Source of the DNA: Oopsacas minuta
Lineage: Eukaryota > Animalia > Porifera
Length of the DNA stretch: 64,000 bases
Reading direction: 5' to 3'
NCBI GenBank assembly: GCA_024704765.1
Contig: JAKMXF010000055.1
Location: 62,001-126,000, forward strand
This document shows, in pieces, positions 1 to 12,029 of this stretch (the first letter of the stretch is position 1; each line of letters begins with the position of its first letter). The notes beneath the pieces were generated by a model. It made no database searches. It saw nothing but the letters and a program-made list of their open reading frames with translations, and was not told the DNA's origin. The translations under genes were made by a program, and so were the position numbers.

Positions 1-1649
1 TTTTGCTTCTGTTTTAGTTCGGTTAGTTACTCTCATTACCCCAGGAGATTCCGAATATGAACTTTCACCCATCGTGGTCCATGTAGGCAGAGCATCAAAA
101 GAATTCGCTCTAGGTCCACTCTCAAACTTTGAGAAGCGGAGGCTGGAGTCGCTCTTTCGTGAAATAAGGAAACGAAACTGGAGAGCCGCTCATATATTTG
201 AGGAACGCGCACCAGTAACGGCGCTCCATTTTGTCTTCATTCAAATTTAAATTATTAAATCTAAAATAATATAATATTCTTCAAATTCCTAGAAGTTGTC
301 CAATTTTTGCAATTTATTTTTCATAAATCTTCAGGAATAAATTAGCTCCTACATATTGGAATAAGATTTCTAAATTCTTCCAGTATTTTTCCCATTTATA
401 TGTGAATAGTAAGATAATCGCTTATAGCTATAATAGGCCATATATGAGTAGTCGCTTGATTAATAAATATACTTGTTGAAGAATCTTGAGCTCATTTACT
501 GTGCCGAAATTATTTTTGTTCACAATTACTATGCGAACGAGAAAATCTCAGTGTATAAAGAATTTGATAATTTACCCTCCCTAAATTACTTTTAGGGTTC
601 GGGCCTTACTCCGAAAATAGATATTGATAGCTGAAATACCGAAGCCTCCCCTCACATTCATTATACCTCATTTAAATGAACTACCTTTGTATCACGGACC
701 CCCACGATAGTAACAATCTCAGGATGTGTTATGAGGTGTATGTAACCACGTGTACAACAACAAATCTGATTTATTTAGAAGCGCAACGGCGGATATTATA
801 TTGGACAGCTATAATCTATTGTGAATAACCTGTAGAAACTGAATCCCAATGGGTTAGTATGTTGTTATGCGCGGTAATTCAGCAAAATACAAAGTGTAAT
901 ATGATTGGCCAATTTAATATCAAATATAATGCATTGATGTGATTGAAAGATGTGTTGAAAAAATCACATTCCTTTTGATCACATCATCCGATCTCTAAAA
1001 TACTCCTTATTCATAATAGGTGACCAAAGTGTATCCTGCAAAAACAAAGGTCCAGGCATCTCCGAGGAGATGCGATGAAACACATATACAAACACGAACA
1101 CACACATGCTACTTCATATATGCAGAATTCCGAAGAATGGCCCTAAGTGATGCTCCAAATATGTGAAACAATTCACATTACAATTTAATAAGAAACTTTA
1201 GACGTGAAATATGTCTAGTCACATGAAAAACGTGTCTATGCTTTTGAAATATTTGAATGATATTTTCGGTTCCCGGTTACCCCTGACTAACAGGTGAGTT
1301 AATCTCTAGGGAAATTTGGAATGTGCCAAATTTGATGTTTATCATGACTAACATATTTTGAAGGATCTCTCGAACGGACAGACGTACGCAAGTAGTACAA
1401 CATTCATGCTCCTAATGACATAGATGGTGTACGACTTCTATCCATCCGTAAAGCGAATATATTGATAAAATTCATAGATTAAGAGACATGTATAGACTTT
1501 ATAGTAAAATATGTTTGCATCAAAAATTATAACATACCTAGTAGGAATGTTTCCTAATGGGCGCATATTATATAGATCGGTAATGGCTTGAACTGATATA
1601 AACTTATGAAACATGCTGTGCGATCAAGCTGATTCCCGATAAACATCAA

Positions 1650-2650
1650 GATTTGTCAAGTAAAAGGACGTATCTTGAAATTTTGTGTCCCCTTATCTAA
1701 GAAAAGGGGAGACAGTTTATAATTGATAGCAATTATATCGATTTCTGATAACACAGGTAATTAAATAATTATTTGTCATGGAGCTTCACAAATTGATTGT
1801 ACAATTGTTTCAAATCTATCTCAAACCATTCAGAGATAAATATATTGAATATCCGTTACCATTTTACCCATTTCATCCTACGTTAGTCTAAAATGTGCAA
1901 ATGATGTGCACCACCTTTGCTATGCCTCCAATACAATTCACCACTACCCGGACCACTGTGCACGACCATAAACAAATACCTAGCCACGCCACTGCAGACA
2001 ACCTCAAAATTTGGTCAGAAAAGCGACTTTTTTTGAAATTAGGTGTCCCCTTATCCAAGGTAAGGGGACACAGTTTGTAATTGCTAGTAATCATATCCAT
2101 TTCTGACAACACAGAGGCATAGCCAAGGTAGTGCGCATCATTCGCACGTTTTCTGACTATCGTAGGATATACTAGTAAAATTATACCGCATATTTAATAT
2201 ATTTAATCTCTGAATTGTTTGAGACAGATAATGAAACAATTATACATTCAATTTGTAGAGCTACCTTACAAATAATTACTTAATTGTCCAATACAATTCA
2301 CCATTACCCGAACCATAGTGCACAACCGTAAACAAATACCCAGCTACGCCACTGCAGACTACCTCAAAATTTGGTCAGAAATGCGACTTGTTTTGGAATT
2401 AGATGTGCCCTTATTCAAGATAAGGGGGAGACAGTTGTAATTGCTTATGATTAAGTTAATTCAGGCTCTTCAAAATGTGACAGTAAAAGGGACTTGTTTG
2501 GAAATTAGGTGTCCCCTTATCCAACTAAAGGGGAGACAAAAACTCATTGCTAGCTATCAAGCCAATTTCCGGCAACCTCAAAATGTGACAGATAAAGGGA
2601 CTTGTTTTGAAATTAGCTGTCTCCTTATCCATGATAAAAGGACACAATAT
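1650..2650. repeat. Diverged ~360-bp tandem repeat carrying a recurrent GC hairpin (GTGTCCCCTTATCnAAnnnAAGGGGA(G/C)AC)
   Basis: Hairpin copies at ~1685, 2043, 2404, 2510 and 2617; first spacings are ~358-361 bp; shared blocks CCAATACAATTCACCA...CTGCAGAC..CCTCAAAATTTGGTCAGAAA. Confidence 0.8.
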
Positions 2651-2654
2651 GCGT

Positions 2655-2900
2655 ATATTTATACACATATGATGAAAAGTGTAACTTGTACGTCTTTGCC
2701 GTTAGTTTCATAATAAATATAGTTGCACGATTTGGGAGCATATAGAATTGACTGGTTTGTGTAATTGAAGAGCAACAAAGGAAATATCGAAAAATAATTC
2801 AAATAATAGATTGATTGAGGTATGCGAATTAAAATACATACAAAGATTGAATACTTCATAATAGTAAAAATACACTAATTATACGGAAATAAGGAAGGAG
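2655..2900. repeat. ~245-bp dispersed duplicate (near-identical to 24213-24458)
   Basis: TATTTATACACATATGATGAAAAGTG...TACGGAAATAAGGAAGG present at both sites; near-identical 66-aa shadow ORFs at 2659 and 24217. Confidence 0.9.
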
Positions 2901-3059
2901 TTAGTAAAGAGAGGGAATGGTTGGGGACTAATACCGTGAGGAGTAGTATCGTAGTGTGCAGGAGGCTAGCATGTATGATAAATGCTATACTGTTGATGTA
3001 AGGAAGTAGTGGCTACAGGAATGTGAGGTTGTTGTGTATCCATAGATTGTGTCATCTGA

Positions 3060-3810
3060 TCCTTTTGCTATTGCAGAAAATATTCCCAAATCTCAGATAG
3101 AGCAGGAGTAGAATGAGGGACAGAGTAATGGATTGGTACATCTTACCAGTCCATTACCTCATTGCCTGTCCCTATGTCCATTGCCTCATACTCTGGATCT
3201 ATGTCAATAGGCGAGGCTTCAGGAGCTGTATGCTGTTCTGGTACCAGATCTTGTTCCATAGTGCTAATGTTACCTTTCCTATTTTACAAAGTGTAATCAA
3301 TCAATCAATTTGGATAAATAACTTTCAAGTTAAAACAGAGTATTTCCCGAATAAGCGCCAGATCACTTATGTATATAATCGCACGAGGATACCACGGCGA
3401 TTATTCAGGTATAGAAATCAACGCTATTTTCAATTTCCTATGACACTACCCTTCAACTTCAAAAACCCTTTGCCACTTAATCTCAACATAGCCATGTTGT
3501 GACCTCAGGGATACGATGGTGCAAGTAACATGAGGGGATATTTTCTATCTAGGATGTCCATAAGTATGCTAAGCCTGAATATTGTAAAAAGTAAGATAAT
3601 ATTAGCACTATGGAACAAGATCTGGTACCAGAACACCATACAGCTCCTGAAACCTCGCCTATGGACATAGATCCAGAGTATAAGGCAATCGACATAGGGA
3701 CAGGCGATGAGATAATGGACTGGTAAGATGTACCAGTCCATTACTCAGTCTCTCATTCTACTCCTGCTCCATCTTAGATTTGGGAATATTTCCTGCAACA
3801 ACAAAAGGAA
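3060..3810. repeat. Inverted duplication: ~210-bp arms (3060-3268 / 3600-3809) around a ~330-bp spacer
   Basis: Arms are reverse complements; ORFs 3113+ and 3505- both read MDWYILPVHYLIACPYV.CLILWIYV. Confidence 0.9.
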
Positions 3811-4746
3811 CACGACACAATGTATGCTGCTCTTATGCCTATTCTAGTGTTCTTGGGAAAATATACATCCACTAACAGGGCCGTAGCAACCAAACTAAAA
3901 GTAGTCAGGTTAATAAGAAGGCCAGTTAGGTAGATTGATGGGCTTGGCATTTTTCATAAGGACCAGGCTTTCTTGAAACTTTCTCTACTGTACCATAGGA
4001 ATATCCAAATGAAGTAACACGTCATCGTCTTTGAAATATTTCCAACAAATGAACACTTTTGCCATTTCCATGCATTATCTCTATGGAGAAATCTTCGCCA
4101 TTCATCTGGCAATTCTTTTGACCAATGATTCGCCATTTCAAACACTTTGATAACTAATCTCGTAAACAGTCTCTCGTCTTCCTCTTGTTCTTCAATTGAA
4201 ATACACTCTCCCCCTCCCAGGACGAAACAGTTAGGAACTAATACAATAAAACCTTCCTTAACTGTCTCCATTTGCTTCATTTAGTGACCAGGTTTATCTA
4301 TCGCTCTCTTCTTCATTTCCTTGGTTTAGTGACTTCTCCTTTGTATACAATAACGATAACTTGGTTACAGTATCCAGTATCCATTTGCATTTATTCTTGT
4401 TAACTGAGTACACTTTATCTATGTGTCAGTCCTTTGAATTATCCTATAATACGGTCAAGACACTCTCCCTTGTTTCCTTGTTTTAAAAAAACAAAAACAA
4501 AGTCACTTCTCAGCTATAATCCAACAAAACTACACTCCTGCCGTCCACACTATTATCTACTCATTCTCCACATAAAATTTCAACGATAAATGCCATGTTA
4601 TCAGTTACTTACAGCCTATTTATATAGCCACTTCTTTCCATCACTTAAATTATATTTTATTATATATTCCATTTTTTATGTTTATTCATGGAAATCGTTA
4701 CTAGTTAAAAATATACTAAAATAGAATCGTTGTATTATATATATAT

Positions 4747-5081
4747 TTAGTCAGAATCTTTATCTACTGTAGGATTACTCTCTAACCTTGGTATTTGTAC
4801 TTGTAGCTCAGTCTCTCTCTTGTTAGCCTCTGATAACAGAATCTCTAACTCATTAACCGTGTACTTTTCCTGTTCTACCTGGTCCCTTGAAGTAGTAAGG
4901 TCTGTTTGCCTGGAATTAACTGCTAACTCAGCATCTGCTACTTCCTTTCTTAGCTTACTTATTGTTTCAGATAATTCTGTATTGATTGAAACCATCTGTT
5001 CTAACTTAGTAATGGGCTCACTCAACTATAAAAAGGAAATTATGAGATCGAACTCAGTCAAAATGTATTATAATAATCAGG

Positions 5082-5129
<48 letters not shown>

Positions 5130-5727
5130 GACTTACTTGTTTGGTGTAATACTCTACGTCGTTTGTGAGTTTAGCATTTTCCAATAACACATCTTCTAAC
5201 TCTTGTTTCTGGTTACATAGCTCTGATTTTTTGCTCAGAAATTCTTCTCCTTATAACTCAATCTCTTTCCTACTGTCTCTAAGCTCAGCTTTCAAATTAT
5301 TCGCTTCTTGCAGGTGATCATCTACAGAGTCACCAGCTGTATTCGTTAACTATAAATTGAAATTAATACACATTTCTCATTTAGTGAACAGATTTGAATT
5401 TACCTCCCGATTATCTTTGAGTACATCCCTCTCTCTTCCAGCTGTTTTCAACTCCTCTATCTCCTTAGGATATCCTTCTACCAGTAAGACCAATTGCTGG
5501 TAACGTTGTCTTGAAAGCTCTTTATCCTCCCTAACAGATGATAGTTGTATATCTTGCTTAGTCCTGCTCTCTTTCTCATCAGTATACTCTATGCGTAGAA
5601 GTGATAGAGAGTTGCTCAGAGCCTCAATTTCATCTGATGTATTAGGTAGAACTTCTTGGAATTCTTTAACTTTATATTCCTTAAACTGATCTAGATTCTC
5701 CTCACATTCTTTCAGAGATTCCTCCAA
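4747..5727 (-). pseudogene. Multi-exon coiled-coil protein fragment
   Basis: E/K/L-rich heptad ORFs 4747-5025 and 5377-5727; GT-AG intron 5136->5026 (GTAAGT...TTTTTATAG); frame not continuous. Confidence 0.45.
5082..5129. repeat. (ATT)16 microsatellite, intronic
   Basis: 48-bp perfect ATT run inside the 5026-5136 intron. Confidence 0.97.
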
Positions 5728-5794
5728 TTTCTAAATCACAAATATTCATAATAACATTAACAAGTTATTTACCTATCTAGTTATATGTGAGAGG

Positions 5795-6876
5795 TTATTC
5801 GAGGGGAAATACCTCTGAGATGTCACTCTCATCTTCATCACAAACACCTATTTGTATTGCTTCAAAGTCATCAGGTTTGTCAACGAGTGAGTGGATAGAG
5901 TATAATGCTTCAGACACCTGATAAGCTTTGAGAGACACTTCGCTCATCAACCTTCTCACTTGATCCGGACAGGTTACTGTCCAGGTAGTAGTGTCTGAGG
6001 AGAACATTCTGGCTGGGAGAGTACACGCTCTCTTGTCTCCTCGCCACTTGTGTACAAGGTATGAAAGAAAAAGGGGCGGGGGGAGGTTGTGGAATAGCAG
6101 AGAAGGCTTCAGCATCGATCAGATCACAATTTTCATCATCATTAATCACACGCTTCAGACAACTCAGACCAGATTTTCTCAGATAATCACTATTGAGTAA
6201 TTGAGCTACACGAATAAGCTCCAGCATGTAGTAGGGACGTGTTTCATTCTGTCTTACCAGAGAGGCTACCTCTGAGTATATCCGTTCCCTCACTTGATCC
6301 AATACAGGAGACTCAACACCTGGGGAAACCCTCTTCTGTGAATTGTGACGAGTAACATGACCAGATTTCCTTCTGGGGGAAGCAGGAACAGCATTCACTT
6401 GTAGTTGTGGTTGTTTTCTGTAACAGTGTATAGGAGTGACCTCCCGTCTAGAAAGATTATCACGAGCTGAGAGCACACGGTGTTGAGATGATATCATACT
6501 ATCTGAGAAAGTTAGATCAGTTTGAGTACAGCTAGTAGTTACAGGCACACGAGCCTCCGGTATCCACTGGTTAACCCCGGTGTAAAGCAGGATCAGGACC
6601 AGGACCAGGAGTAGGTAAGCTCTGGTACATATTAGCATCAACTGAAGAGGGATAGAAGCCAGGAGTAGGTGTAGAGTAGCTGAGAAGGACAGGAGGAGCA
6701 GTCTGAAAGCAAGGAGTGACTGGAAGGGAGTAAGGAGCACTAGGGAAAGTAGTACCGTGAGGAGTAGTACAGTAGTGTATAGGAGGATAGTATGTAGGAT
6801 AACAGCTACACTGTTGATATAAGGGAGTAGTGGCTACAGGGATGTGAGGCTGTTGTATAGACAGAAATTGTGTCAT
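5795..6876 (-). pseudogene. PCM1: PCM1-like (pericentriolar material 1 C-terminal region) fragment with upstream Pro/Tyr-rich segment, split across frames
   Basis: IYSEVASLVRQNETRPYYMLELIRVAQLLNSDYLR matches the PCM1 motif IYSEVATLISQNESRPHFLIELF..LQLLNTDYLR; three overlapping ORFs in different frames. Confidence 0.7.
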
Positions 6877-7239
6877 CTGTTCGGCTAAAATACAGAGGGG
6901 TCAAATGTGTGAAAATATACACATTAGAAAACTTTTAAATGTGTACAACTAGAGGTCACTACAAGTACACATGCCAAATTTGGTGTCTTAACTTAGAAAG
7001 GTGTGAACAGTAGAGCGCAAACATAGACGTATATATTATATATACTCAACCATCTTATAACTGAGCCACTATACTATGCAATACTATTAATCGGCATAGC
7101 AAAAATAGAATATACAATTACATACTCAGAGTGCATTACTTAGATTTACAGCAGCTTGGTATTTGTTTCGCTTAGCAAACAAAAGTAACATTGCAATGCC
7201 ATATAAGTAAAAAATTGATCATTCGGGTTTCTTACTGAG

Positions 7240-7410
7240 TACTTGAATAGGTACGAGTCTTGAATAGAGATATCTATTTGCTACAACGGAATTATCATCT
7301 ATAGTTTCTACGATACACTGGTACTCTCCTGTGTCTAACTCCTGGGTGTCTCTGAAGAGTAAAGTTCCTTGGTGGGGAGATACGTAACTCACTCTACCTA
7401 TTCTGATCAT
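7240..7410 (-). pseudogene. Isolated immunoglobulin (I-set-like) domain exon
   Basis: GTLLFRDTQELDTGEYQCIV fits the Ig D-x-G-x-Y-x-C motif; followed by GTAAGA donor; no neighbouring exons recognised. Confidence 0.6.
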
Positions 7411-8118
7411 GATATCGAAAGTTTTGAACTAAACATACATTCTAATAGTTTAGAGCAAATTTATCCTAAATCCTGTGCTTTTCTTTTAAATGGGGGGATG
7501 ATCACTCTCAATGTACTTGTGTTCCTGACTATCCGTCAAATTCACACTCTCATCCTCAGTCACAAACTGACGGTGAGTGTTCTGTGTCTCAGAGGCGAGT
7601 GCGTCATCTCTAGCCTGATCTCTTATGTCTCCTTCACAATTAGAAGCAACCTCTCCCGATTGTGATCCCAATATCCCAAATTTTCAACTTAAGAAGCGTT
7701 CTAATAGTTTAGAACAAATTGTCCCTCCCCAATCGTGTGTTGTTCTGGACTGATTCATTAAAATATAATGTTTTCACATATATTAATTCTTAATATTCAA
7801 AATCATGGCAGAGAATTTATTTCAACTTCTAGTAAGGAGTAATCGAGTAAGGGAATTATAATTTTGATATTTTCAAATCTATATTTATAATATTTGAAAA
7901 AATATTAATCTGATCCAGGATCCCATAATCAGTCGGGTCCAGTGCATTGCGGTATTTTCTTGGGGGTAGGGGAGACTTGCTCCCCTTGAAAAAACAAAAG
8001 TACATGACCCTGAGATGCACTACCAGTCTGTCGGCTGAACATTTTTCTGCTTGAAATTGTTGTATATTACGACAGTAATTCGATCTTCCCTAAAGTTTCC
8101 ATATAGATATGAAATTCC

Positions 8119-8298
8119 CGTATTACCTTGAATATTCGCCCCCCCTGAGGACATAATCATACCTATGTTTATAAATATACATATTGCATAAACATAGGTA
8201 TGATTATATCGGAATAATCGTGCTTACAAAAATCTAAATTTCCCTCTGAAGGGTGCTTGAAATTCATAATCGCCCCGCGGATTATTCGAGGTAATACG
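8119..8298. mobile_element. ~180-bp MITE-like element with internal 20-bp hairpin
   Basis: Terminal CGTATTACCTTGAATA / TATTCGAGGTAATACG; internal perfect arms ATAATCATACCTATGTTTAT at 8153-8172 and 8188-8207. Confidence 0.55.
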
Positions 8299-8718
8299 AT
8301 ATGCAATCTTTACTTGATTGTATTAATTTTGTGAATATTAGTATGAAAATGCTTTTGTAATGGTAAATTCGGTGATTAGAACTTGCGGAAAGTTTTAAGT
8401 TGATAGTGATAAAAGTGTATATCTCGACTAAACTGATTATGAATCCTGGATCAGATAAATATTTTTCAAATATTATACATTAAATTTGAAAATATCAAAA
8501 TTATAATTCACTTACATTACTCCTTAAGGAAGTTAAAATAAATTCTCTGTCATGATTTTAATTTCAACTAAATAGACCTAATAGTTTAGAGAAAATTTCC
8601 CTTCCAATCCTTTATCTTAACTGACTTGTCTTAAAATTTATTGTTTAATATTATTTCTTAATATTAAAATCATGACAGAGAATTTATTTTAACTTCCTTA
8701 AGGAGTAATGTAAGTGAA

Positions 8719-9701
8719 TTATAATTTTGATATTTTCAAATTCAATTTATATATTGAAAAATATTTATCTGATCCGGGGGAAATTTTCTCTAAACTATTA
8801 GGTCTATTTAGTTGAAAACTTTCGATATCATCATCAGAATGAGTAGAGATGGCTTCTAACTGCACAGCTTTCTGCTTAGTCAAAAGTTCAAGAGGGAGTG
8901 AAATGTTGTTAAGCTGAGCCAAATTTCGCAAATCGAAATAATATTTAGCGTATAGACTTAAAGGGACATTAACATCGAATTGTAATAGGTCTAAAAAATA
9001 TCTTTCCATTTCATTGTTTGGATCAATCTTGTTAACTTCCAAAGCAGAAAATGACAAAGCTTTGGAATTTCAGCTTTTGGAAGCTTACAAGTTGATGATG
9101 TCAATATTCGTTTCCAAGTAAAAACTGAAATATGAATCCCTGCGTATATAAGAAGGCGCTCCAAATAGATAAGAGAAATAATTGCACATTCTGGTGTCAA
9201 GTTTGCTGGATGAAAAAGATGCTTCATGAATTTGTATATGGTCTTAGCTTCTGGAATAAGGCAGCTATCGAAACAAATTGCATTGTGACTTGAAATTGGG
9301 TGTAAACGCTCATCAAAAACATCCAAGTTACGAGGTTGTTGATTATTAGAATCGAATATGAGTAAATTATGCACTGCTAACGCTACTGATTTTAGGGTAT
9401 GCTTCACATTTGGTTGTGCGACTGTATTTGAATCGATAAAAACACTACTGGTGGAGGAGGATTTCCGAATTCCTTTATGATTGCCAATTATTGTTAAGTG
9501 GCTGTTGTTGCAATGAAATGAGTGGAGGAACAAAGTATCCTCTAGTGTAATGATATCTTCACATTGACTAATATGTGTTGTTGAAGGGTCTATTGGAATG
9601 AAAGAAGATATTGTATAAGTTTTGCATAGGGGTCTGTTCAGGTGTCTATAGGCAAAATTAAATAAATCGACCCTTGCTAGCGTAGCAACTAGATGTGACA
9701 T
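8719..9701 (-). pseudogene. CCNY: Cyclin Y-like, disrupted by internal inversion and frameshift
   Basis: DVFDERLHPI, ECAIISLIYLERLL, WKRI and NEMERYFLDLLQFDVNVP.SLYAKYYFDLR match cyclin Y; two ORFs in different frames. Confidence 0.9.
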
Positions 9702-9892
9702 AGGAATTTGAAAATAGCTACATACGTAGTTAATACAACAATTAACTTGAGTGAATGACTTATTAATTAATCACACATTCAATGATTAGATACAGCAAGC
9801 CTTAAGAATAATAATTCAATATTAATTAGTTACGAAGTAATTTCTGGTATTATGTAATGCGAGAAATATGGAAATTTAAAGAAAACAAATTA

Positions 9893-10519
9893 CTACAAAG
9901 TTATAACGTCAATTATAGAAATGAGTATTATATAACTCACATTGCGGATAGAAGATACCAGGAAAGGATCTGGGTAAAATCCAGACATCAATAAGGATTG
10001 TTGTTGCTGTACTTGAGCGTCTATGATAGCTTCCAAGAGTGGAAAATTGTTCGAAGAAGGGATACAATCTGAAACTAACATAGCATTCTCGCCTTTATAT
10101 ATATGGTGTTGGCCAAAGCTTATTCCTTCTGTCCAGCCGATTTCATCACTATTGAATCCGGCTTCTAGTACTGAAAATGGTCCTGGAAACCAAACAGAAG
10201 GATAGGAACAATGGTCCGACCTCTCTTCAGTAGAGCTATTAGCCATAACCTGAGTTTTCTCATGAATCGTCCCCATTATAGAATTAACTAAAACTGAATC
10301 TAAAGATGGTGTTTGAAGATCTCTAGGACCATCTTGATATCTATCTCTCAATTCGTCGCTTACTTTCGGTACATACATACTTTTATCTGAGTCTTGGTCA
10401 TTCATAGAATCGGAAGGAAGTCTACGTCGAACAGAGGTTCTCTCAGTTTCAAGATTTGGGTAGGATTTGTGGCTGCTAGATCTCTCTACTTCAGATGGCA
10501 TACTGCTTTTATCGCTCAC
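9893..10519 (-). CDS. Ser-rich uncharacterised exon (208-aa ORF)
   Basis: Long ORF in AT-rich context ending near a GTGAGT-type donor; no recognised motif. Confidence 0.4.
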   Translation of the reverse strand: MSDKSSMPSEVERSSSHKSYPNLETERTSVRRRLPSDSMNDQDSDKSMYVPKVSDELRDRYQDGPRDLQTPSLDSVLVNSIMGTIHEKTQVMANSSTEERSDHCSYPSVWFPGPFSVLEAGFNSDEIGWTEGISFGQHHIYKGENAMLVSDCIPSSNNFPLLEAIIDAQVQQQQSLLMSGFYPDPFLVSSIRNVSYIILISIIDVITL

Positions 10520-11594
10520 TATAGAATATGGAAATGTAGGTAAACATGTAAATCAGGAAAGTAGAGAGAAGATTATAGCAATATATTAGCAAATTGATGG
10601 GAAGTAGATATAAGAATGTCTTGTCTACTATGGCGAAACCTCTATAAACGGCCCAAAATACTACTCAGTTCCCCATTCTTGCTAAATTCCAAAGTTCATA
10701 TGTATGGGACGAGGTACCATGAATTCGCTCCATATATTTTCTCTCCGTTTCCACGTGTGTGGAGGTTTCACTGCAATAGGAGGGAAAATTCGCCTTTCGG
10801 TAGGTTTTTGGAAGACAACAATCAACATAAACACGAAAAGGCGAGACAATTGGCATAGTTACATCAATTGTATCATGGTTTGTGCGAAGGAAAATAAAAA
10901 TAAAGAACTATAGAGGATAAATACATGTGGAATGGAATTGAGTTGAGGTACATGCATTTGTTCGGATAATAAGATTGTCAGGAATTAGAATTTCCTGAAT
11001 TGTAGCAAGTCAGAATGGATTTTCAGACTGTTGTCAAAGTTTTAAAACAAAAAATCGATGGTCTGCCATTCTGCAAACTTTACTAACAATTAGCCAACAA
11101 AAGTCCACCCAAACACAAAATTACCATGAAGTCCACATCCACGCCCCTAGGTAGCTTAATAACGAGTACAAATGAAAACTCCCAGATCCATAAGGTAGTC
11201 AACTAAATCTCTAATCCCCTCCCAATGGTACGGGTTGATAATTACCACAATAAAAAGTTTTTGCCGGGCCTGGTTATGCCACGCGATATCTCGGAATAGT
11301 AGATTCTGACTTGTGACAACAGTCTGAATTCGATTCGAACTTGTTACAATTCAGAAAATTCTAACTAATGACAACCTCAAAATTCGAACTAAAGCAGCGC
11401 CCCCATTGAGTTCTATTAATAGTAACACTATGGCAACAATAGAGCACAAATATATCCAAACTTATGTATGAATAACAATGACGTCTGATTACCTTATAAG
11501 GAAATAGAATAGACGCAATGATATTTACATTCTTGTAATTTGAAATTTTAGAAATTAGTGCGGGTATTATGAATTATATTTTAAAATTCGAGCA

Positions 11595-12029
11595 CTATTC
11601 TCTATAGAACTTACAATTCGATCTTTCGCTACTTTCTACCATCCTTAATTCCTGGGGACCTGCATTAATAATGTTCTCAGTATCCTGACGGACTTTACCT
11701 AAACTCTCTTCTAAATTCAAGTCGTTTGAAGGTCGAGATTTTTTAATATTCATATCAACCACACAGTCTTCAGGGGCATCTGCTGGAATACGGCGTTTGT
11801 GTGAAGAATTCGAGTTAATGCTAGTTTGGGATTCAATCGAATTAGTAACGATAATTTCAGAATTTCTTAAGTCTTCTATCTTCTGTTTTTCAATAAATTT
11901 GAAATCATCACCAATTTTAACAACTGTAGAAACTTGGGAAGGACACATTACATGTTCAGTCTGTGATGCTTCTCTTGTATAATTTCTTCTGAAGGCATTT
12001 AATCTTGGAGATACCTGGTTCACGAGCAT
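11595..12029 (-). CDS. Uncharacterised exon (144-aa ORF)
   Basis: Open frame with coding-like composition; small candidate exons upstream at 12140-12760; no motif recognised. Confidence 0.35.
   Translation of the reverse strand: MLVNQVSPRLNAFRRNYTREASQTEHVMCPSQVSTVVKIGDDFKFIEKQKIEDLRNSEIIVTNSIESQTSINSNSSHKRRIPADAPEDCVVDMNIKKSRPSNDLNLEESLGKVRQDTENIINAGPQELRMVESSERSNCKFYRE

Noticed and set aside
1-250. GC-richer stretch at the window start
   Set aside because: No sustained ORF or recognisable motif found; truncated by the window edge
4820-5131. Plus-strand ORF ending in poly-Tyr
   Set aside because: Antisense to a coiled-coil exon; poly-Tyr comes from the intronic (ATT)n microsatellite
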